DNA of 64,000 bases. Origin: Chloroflexota bacterium. Its GTDB lineage: Bacteria > Chloroflexota > Anaerolineae > Anaerolineales > Villigracilaceae. The DNA lies in the NCBI GenBank assembly GCA_016234535.1, contig JACRBH010000246.1, positions 27,088 through 91,087 on the forward strand. Reading direction: 5' to 3'. Below are positions 58,339 to 64,000 of the stretch, piece after piece; position 1 is the first letter of the stretch, and every line of letters begins with the position of its first letter. The notes beneath the pieces are model-generated. The model had not been told where the DNA came from. It saw only the letters and a program-made list of their open reading frames with translations, and ran no database searches. The position numbers were made by a program, and so were the translations under genes.

Positions 58339-58449
58339 TAGACGTTATCGGTAATTAGAAAAAACGTCCCGAAGGTTGTTATTCGGCATTAAATTTACTT
58401 GCTCAAACCTTCGGGACGGTGGCATATAAGTTATTTCCGATAACGTCTA
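58339..58449. mobile_element. 111-bp MITE-like element (17-bp TIRs including terminal TA)
   Basis: TAGACGTTATCGGTAAT...ATTTCCGATAACGTCTA (16/17 inverted); internal CGTCCCGAAGGTT/AACCTTCGGGACG hairpin. Confidence 0.7.
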
Positions 58450-58542
58450 TTGTACACATAACAAAACCATGAGTCAGGTGTCAAACATCATATTGCAGGG
58501 ATAACAAAGCCTATTTGACCTCTTTCATAAGTGAGCGCATTA

Positions 58543-58614
58543 GCCACAGAGAGCACAGAGCTTTTTGAGGTAACCCACTTAAAAACTCAAGGTTTTCTCT
58601 GTGAACTCCGTGGC
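58543..58614. repeat. REP-like imperfect palindrome (CACAGAG type)
   Basis: GCCACAGAGAGCACAGAG...CTCTGTGAACTCCGTGGC. Confidence 0.6.
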
Positions 58615-58655
58615 AAAAAAGACTTTTGGATGTGATTGTAAAAACGTCATCGTTC

Positions 58656-59297
58656 TCACAACAGCCCCCTTTGCGCGGCGACTGCGATGGCGGCGGCGCG
58701 CGAATCGACTCCCAATTTATTATAAATACTTGCGAGATGGGCCTTCACCGTCCGCTCAGAGATGCCTAGGTGGGAAGCAATTTCTTTACTTCGTTCGCCG
58801 CGCGCGACAGCTTTGAGCACTTCCTGTTCACGCTCGGTGAGATTGATCAATTCAGTTGTTTTAGTTTCTGTTGCTGATGGTGTATGCGCCCGCGACAAAA
58901 CACGCGCCATGATCTCAGGTTTGAGCAATGTCTCGCCGCGCACCGCGGCACGGATGGTATCAAACAAAGCTACACGACCGGTATCTTTCAACAAGTAGCC
59001 GCGTGCGCCGGCTTGAAGTCCGCGAAACATAAGATCATCTTCGTTGAAGGTGGTCAGGATGACAACTGCGATTTCGGGTTGTTCCACGCGCAATTTTTCG
59101 ATGGCGGTCAAACCGTCCATGTTGGGCATGCGCAGGTCCATCAGCACAATATCAGGCTTTAATTTTTTGCAAAGGCTCAGTGCCTCCGCGCCATCCGACG
59201 CTTCGCCTACGAGTTCAAAATCATTTTCGGTTTCGAGAATCAGGCGCAGACCCTGACGAATAATAAGATGATCGTCGGCGATGAGGATTTTTATCAT
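58656..59297 (-). CDS. NarL/LuxR-family response regulator
   Basis: IADDH, LMDLRMP, YLLKD; LTEREQEVL...TVKAHL. Confidence 0.93.
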   Translation of the reverse strand: MIKILIADDHLIIRQGLRLILETENDFELVGEASDGAEALSLCKKLKPDIVLMDLRMPNMDGLTAIEKLRVEQPEIAVVILTTFNEDDLMFRGLQAGARGYLLKDTGRVALFDTIRAAVRGETLLKPEIMARVLSRAHTPSATETKTTELINLTEREQEVLKAVARGERSKEIASHLGISERTVKAHLASIYNKLGVDSRAAAIAVAAQRGLL

Positions 59298-60478
59298 AGC
59301 GGTATCTGAATTTTCAAAATCGTGCCATTATCGTTTTGGATTTCAAAACTGCCGTTGATCAGGCGCACTCGTTCGCGGATTCCCAACAAACCATAATGAC
59401 CAGATGGAATTGCGGACGCGTCAAACCCTATACCGTCGTCTTGAATCGTGACCAACAGGTTTTTGTCGTTGCTCTGAATATTGACTGCCACATTCCGCGC
59501 GTGGGCATGATGCGCAATATTGGTAAGCGCTTCTGTCACAGCGCGGAGAACTGTCTCTTTAACGGGATCAGCTATCGGCTGAGTCTGATCCGAGTGGTAA
59601 TCGCACGGGATGCCGGTTGCGTCTGTGAAGCGGGAAATTTCAAGGCGCAGAGCAGAGTCCAGATCATCCAAAGAAGGTTGACGAAGATCATCAATCGCGC
59701 GGCGCGCATCTGTCAGAGTTGCGCGGGCCTGTTCCATTGCATTGGAAATGATCGCGCGAACCTTTTCGGTATGGTTGTTCATAAGATGGGCATCGGCGGC
59801 CTCGAGTTGAAGGATGAGACCTGCGAGACCTTGCGAGAGTGTATCGTGAAGTTCACGCGCCATGCGCTGGCGTTCAGCGGCAATGGTGAGATCCTCGACG
59901 CGCGCGGCGTATTCTGTTAATTGCTGATTGGCGGTTTCCAATTTTTCCGCGAGCGCCTGTGCCTTCTCACGCGCTTCCATCTGACGCAGGTAAAGTGTTA
60001 CATACATACCCACAAAAATCACGACTGGGATGATTGTGAGCAGCCAATAAATGGCGCTGTCCATATTGGTGAATAGTACAAAATTAAAAAGCGAGAGGGA
60101 TAAATAATACAATGCGGAGAGCACGCCCTTGCGGCTGATGCCGAGGAAACCAATGGTTTCGCCAATCAGAGCCATGTAAAGCGAGAAGACCATCCCCGTG
60201 TTTTGCGATAGATACGTGATGATAAACGCCAGCAATCCCTGTCCAATAATGTAAAGTGTTTTACGAGACGGAACTTGAATGATGCGGATTACCATCAAGT
60301 GAAGACCAACATGCACAACCATGAGAATTGTAAACAGCACAGCGTTCCAGAACTGATGCAGGGCAGGATTCGTCATGATTGACATGACATACATGCCGAT
60401 CATGATCAGGGTCATGAATGCAAAAAAGATGCGGTAGTCCTGTTCGATTTTAAATGGAGATTCTTTTGGGGGTTTCAT
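59294..60478 (-). CDS. Membrane HisKA_3 sensor histidine kinase
   Basis: N-terminal TM helices, ERQRMARELHDTLSQ, EALTNIAHH, DDGIGF, GLLGIRER. Confidence 0.92.
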   Translation of the reverse strand: MKPPKESPFKIEQDYRIFFAFMTLIMIGMYVMSIMTNPALHQFWNAVLFTILMVVHVGLHLMVIRIIQVPSRKTLYIIGQGLLAFIITYLSQNTGMVFSLYMALIGETIGFLGISRKGVLSALYYLSLSLFNFVLFTNMDSAIYWLLTIIPVVIFVGMYVTLYLRQMEAREKAQALAEKLETANQQLTEYAARVEDLTIAAERQRMARELHDTLSQGLAGLILQLEAADAHLMNNHTEKVRAIISNAMEQARATLTDARRAIDDLRQPSLDDLDSALRLEISRFTDATGIPCDYHSDQTQPIADPVKETVLRAVTEALTNIAHHAHARNVAVNIQSNDKNLLVTIQDDGIGFDASAIPSGHYGLLGIRERVRLINGSFEIQNDNGTILKIQIPL

Positions 60479-60662
60479 GGCAAGGTGATTGTATCGCAGA
60501 AGCTATTTTGTACCATTGTTCCAACGGACAATGTACGAAAGGACAGGGGCTGTCTTCCCAAAGGCGCAATGGTTACAAAATGATATTGTTCGTATACTTG
60601 GGCACGATAAAGAGCCATCCACATTGGCAATAGTTTTAGACCGATACAAATCAGGAGTGTCT

Positions 60663-61598
60663 ATGAATGCAATCGAAGTCAAGAATCTAAAAAAATCATT
60701 TGGCGATTTTCAAGCCGTGCAGGATGCAACCTTCAGTGCAAATGCAGGTGAAGTGTTAAGCCTGCTTGGCCCCAACGGTGCTGGCAAGAGCACAACCATT
60801 TCCATGCTCTCGGGATTGCTCACACCCACCGGCGGTGACGCATCCATTATGGGGCATTCGGTTACGAAAGAGCCAGAGTTGGCAAAAGCATCCCTTGGCG
60901 TGGTGCCGCAGGATATTGCGCTGTATCCCGATCTTTCGGCGCGCGAGAATTTGGTCTTTTGGGGAAAGATGTATGGCCTGCGCGGCGCGGCGTTAAAGTC
61001 ACGCGTGGATGAAGTGTTGGAAATCATCGGACTCACCGACCGCCAAAAGGATCACGTTGGCAAGTTTTCAGGCGGCATGAAGCGGCGCGTAAACATCGGC
61101 GCGGCCTTGCTGCATAAGCCTGATGTCATCATCATGGATGAGCCAACAGTTGGCATCGACCCGCAGTCGCGCCGTCACATTTTGGATAATGTCAAAGAAT
61201 TAAATCGGCAAGGCATGACCGTACTTTACACCACACATTACATGGAAGAAGCCGCGGAACTCTCGAATCACATTGCCATTATGGACAAGGGCAGGGTCAT
61301 CGCCTATGGTTCGCATGATGAATTGATCAAGATGGTCGGCCAGGAAACGCGCATTGACGTGACACTCAATGCTGAGGCGGAGAAAATATTGGATGCGTGG
61401 CGGGCAACTGAAGGTGTGGCGAGAATCGATTCACTCGACGGGAAGATCACTGCGCTGGTAGATGATTCCAATCGCGTGCTGCCGCGCCTGTTCGATGCCG
61501 CATCTAAACATGGTGTGCGGATTACGTCTGTGGATATTCAGGAGCCGAATCTTGAGACGGTATTTTTGCACCTGACAGGAAGAGCGTTGAGAGATTAG
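60663..61598 (+). CDS. ABC exporter ATP-binding protein
   Basis: [29 protein letters not shown]. Confidence 0.94.
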   Translation: MNAIEVKNLKKSFGDFQAVQDATFSANAGEVLSLLGPNGAGKSTTISMLSGLLTPTGGDASIMGHSVTKEPELAKASLGVVPQDIALYPDLSARENLVFWGKMYGLRGAALKSRVDEVLEIIGLTDRQKDHVGKFSGGMKRRVNIGAALLHKPDVIIMDEPTVGIDPQSRRHILDNVKELNRQGMTVLYTTHYMEEAAELSNHIAIMDKGRVIAYGSHDELIKMVGQETRIDVTLNAEAEKILDAWRATEGVARIDSLDGKITALVDDSNRVLPRLFDAASKHGVRITSVDIQEPNLETVFLHLTGRALRD

Positions 61599-61688
61599 GT
61601 AGATACGTAAACAAGTAGACAGGAAAACACGGAACACGACTGTATACCTGTGTACTTGTTTCCCTGTTTACCTCATACGGAGATAACC

Positions 61689-62969
61689 ATGAAAATTTTA
61701 GCTATTGCAATCAAGGATTTGACCCGTTCATTCCGCAGCGCGTTCGCCATCGGGATGATGGTGGTCGCGCCGTTGATGTTGACAGGACTGATCTACTTCG
61801 CATTTGGAAGCATGTCCAGCGGAGATGTGAGCATGACCGCCATCAAAGTGGGCGTGGTCAATGCGGATAAACTGCCTGATAACTCTGTACTCAACGTGCC
61901 AATCGGAGATAACATCCGCTCGATGTTTTTTGATGAAAGCGTGAAGTCATGGATCGAAGCGAGTGACTATGCGGATGAAGCATCCGTTCGCGCGGCTGTT
62001 GATAAACAGGAAATTGGTGTGGCGGTCATCATCCCTCAGAATTTTACTGAACGCTATTTGAGCGGCAAAAAAGATGTTCAGGTTCTCATCGTCAGTGACC
62101 CAACCTTATCCATTGGTCCCGCGGTTGTTGAAGATATGGTCACGATGATGGTGGATGGAGTCGCGGGCGGCGGCATTGCAATCGAAACCATTATGGAACG
62201 ATTACAGGCAAACGGCATTCAACCCAACCCAACACAAATCCCTTCATGGATCGAGCGTTATACCAATTGGTATGCAGACTTTCAACGCAATCTTTTTCAC
62301 CATCCAGACAAAGCTGTGCTTGTGTTGGTCGCGCCTGCGGCTGATGAAACCAAAACTGCCAACCCGCTCGCGCAGATGATGGGTTTAACCATGGTGGGCC
62401 AGATGATCTTCTTTGCCTTTTTCACTGGCAGCAATTCGATGATGTCCATTTTGCGTGAAGATGAAGAAGGCACACTCGCAAGGCTTTTCACCACTCCGAC
62501 CAACCGCACCAATATTTTGATCGGTAAATTTCTGGCGGTATTCTTCACTGTCTTTTTGCAGGGAATGGTATTGATGGCCGCGGGTCGCTTCGCATTTGGC
62601 ATTCAATGGGGTCAACCTGCCAGTGTTGCTTTGGCGTTCGCGGCTCAAATGATCGCTGCGGTAGGGTTGGGCGTTCTGCTCATTTCCTTCGTCAAGAACA
62701 CCAAACAAGGCGGGCCCGTTTTGGGCGGCGGATTGACAATCCTTGGAATGTTGGGCGGTTTGTTCACAGCCAATATCCCCGGTGGAATGCCCGAAGCCTT
62801 CAATGTAATCGGAAACTTCATTCCGCAAGGCTGGGTGCTCAAAGGCTGGCGCATGGCTTTGGATGGCAGCGCGGCTGGCGATTTGCTGATTCCATTTTTT
62901 ATAACAATCACAATGGGCATCGTTATGTTTGCCATTGGTGCGATGATGTTCCGCAAACGATATGCGTAA
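61689..62969 (+). CDS. ABC-2 type permease
   Basis: N-terminal IKDL..FR, large loop, REDEEGTLARL..TP, C-terminal TM helices. Confidence 0.9.
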   Translation: MKILAIAIKDLTRSFRSAFAIGMMVVAPLMLTGLIYFAFGSMSSGDVSMTAIKVGVVNADKLPDNSVLNVPIGDNIRSMFFDESVKSWIEASDYADEASVRAAVDKQEIGVAVIIPQNFTERYLSGKKDVQVLIVSDPTLSIGPAVVEDMVTMMVDGVAGGGIAIETIMERLQANGIQPNPTQIPSWIERYTNWYADFQRNLFHHPDKAVLVLVAPAADETKTANPLAQMMGLTMVGQMIFFAFFTGSNSMMSILREDEEGTLARLFTTPTNRTNILIGKFLAVFFTVFLQGMVLMAAGRFAFGIQWGQPASVALAFAAQMIAAVGLGVLLISFVKNTKQGGPVLGGGLTILGMLGGLFTANIPGGMPEAFNVIGNFIPQGWVLKGWRMALDGSAAGDLLIPFFITITMGIVMFAIGAMMFRKRYA

Positions 62970-62972
62970 TAT

Positions 62973-63005
62973 TTTGTAGGGGCGGGGTAACCCCGCCCCT
63001 ACAAA
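62973..63005. repeat. GTAG-type REP hairpin
   Basis: TTTGTAGGGGCGGGG-TAA-CCCCGCCCCTACAAA. Confidence 0.7.
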
Positions 63006-63018
63006 TGGAGAAATTATT

Positions 63019-64000
63019 ATGAGAATACTTGATCTTGCCCTAAAAGATTTATCACAAATGCTGCGCGACAAACGCTCGCTGTTTTTTATCGTTGTGATGC
63101 CGATCATCTTCACGCTTTTTATGGGATTTGCCTTTCGTGGAATTTCCCAAAGCGACGAAGAAGTGGATAATCGCATACCGCTCGCTCTTGTCGACCCGCA
63201 GCCTGATTCCCGTTTAAATAAAATGTTCTTTACCCGACTGGATTCCTCGGGCGCAATCAAAGTTATGGTGATGAATGAAAACGAAGCAATGGATGCTTTT
63301 CGCAAAGGCGAAGTGGCCGGGGTGTTGGTCATCCCTGACGGGTTCAGCGAGCAGGTTGAGGCGGGGAATGAAGCGCAGTTGAATCTGATTGCGGAAACTT
63401 CATCCAGTGAAGGTCAATCCATTTATCAGTTGCTGCGAGTCCCAATATCCCAATTGATGAGCGCAGTTGAAATTGCACGCATCAGCGCGGACCTGCAATC
63501 GAATCCTGCTGAATATTCTCCAGCAATTGAATTGGCCTGGAGCAAATGGGACGAGAATTCGAAGTTAAGTTTGGTGAGTGTGGAACAAGCCGCCACAGAA
63601 AAATCATCTGATTGGACGGGTGGCAATCCATACAACCAGGCTTCGCCTGGAATTCTGGTGCAGTTCGCGATCTTTGGGCTGATCACTTCCGCGCAAATTC
63701 TGGTACAGGAACGCAAGACGCGCACACTTCAACGATTGATGACAACGGCCATGAAACCGTGGGAGATCGTCGCGGGACATTTGCTGGCGATGTTCACATT
63801 GACCTTTTTACAGACGATATTACTTGTGGTGTTTGGTCAACTTGCATTGAATGTGAATTACATGCGCGAACCGCTTGGCACGCTGTTTGTCTGTGTTGCG
63901 TTGGGGTTGTGGGTCGCATCGATGGGGTTGCTGATCGGTGTGATCGCAAAAGTTGACGAGCAGGTAATTCTATTCTCAATGATCGCGATGTTCCTTTTCT
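63019..64000 (+). CDS. Second ABC-2 type permease (runs off window)
   Basis: MRILDLALKDLSQMLRD...QERKTRTLQRL; ATG 63019 with GGAG RBS; not in ORF track, consistent with no stop inside the window. Confidence 0.85.
   Translation, partial: MRILDLALKDLSQMLRDKRSLFFIVVMPIIFTLFMGFAFRGISQSDEEVDNRIPLALVDPQPDSRLNKMFFTRLDSSGAIKVMVMNENEAMDAFRKGEVAGVLVIPDGFSEQVEAGNEAQLNLIAETSSSEGQSIYQLLRVPISQLMSAVEIARISADLQSNPAEYSPAIELAWSKWDENSKLSLVSVEQAATEKSSDWTGGNPYNQASPGILVQFAIFGLITSAQILVQERKTRTLQRLMTTAMKPWEIVAGHLLAMFTLTFLQTILLVVFGQLALNVNYMREPLGTLFVCVALGLWVASMGLLIGVIAKVDEQVILFSMIAMFLF

Noticed and set aside
42522-61672. CRISPR array among the short tandem repeats
   Set aside because: Units are 7-8 nt with no constant repeat plus unique spacers, and no cas genes are present.

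Overview
Gene-dense bacterial window. Gene content and intergenic repeat style suggest an anaerobic Chloroflexota (Anaerolineales-like) genome; this is an inference. From left to right: (1) a complex-I-like group 4 [NiFe]-hydrogenase operon with its own HycI protease (996-9617). (2) A tungsten aldehyde:ferredoxin oxidoreductase operon with pterin-cofactor genes (9744-16055). (3) Two paralogous FIST-like (DUF6976-type) proteins, a DUF1097 membrane protein and a GAF-kinase/NarL two-component pair (16269-22546). Four promoters in blocks 2-3 share paired 16-bp boxes spaced exactly 43 bp apart. (4) A complete corrinoid methyltransferase system with a divergent GntR + B12-binding pair (23068-31465). 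(5) An L-arabinose operon (31993-39779). (6) A Wood-Ljungdahl CODH/ACS cluster containing an AT-rich double-domain KaiC-like ATPase, followed by cooC x2 and a core methionine synthase (40085-58297). (7) A NarL/HisKA_3 pair with an ABC exporter (58656-end). Intergenic regions carry many REP/MITE-like palindromes, including one hairpin core found inside two different terminal-inverted-repeat shells. No rRNA, tRNA or CRISPR array was seen. Family assignments come from motif recognition, not database searches.
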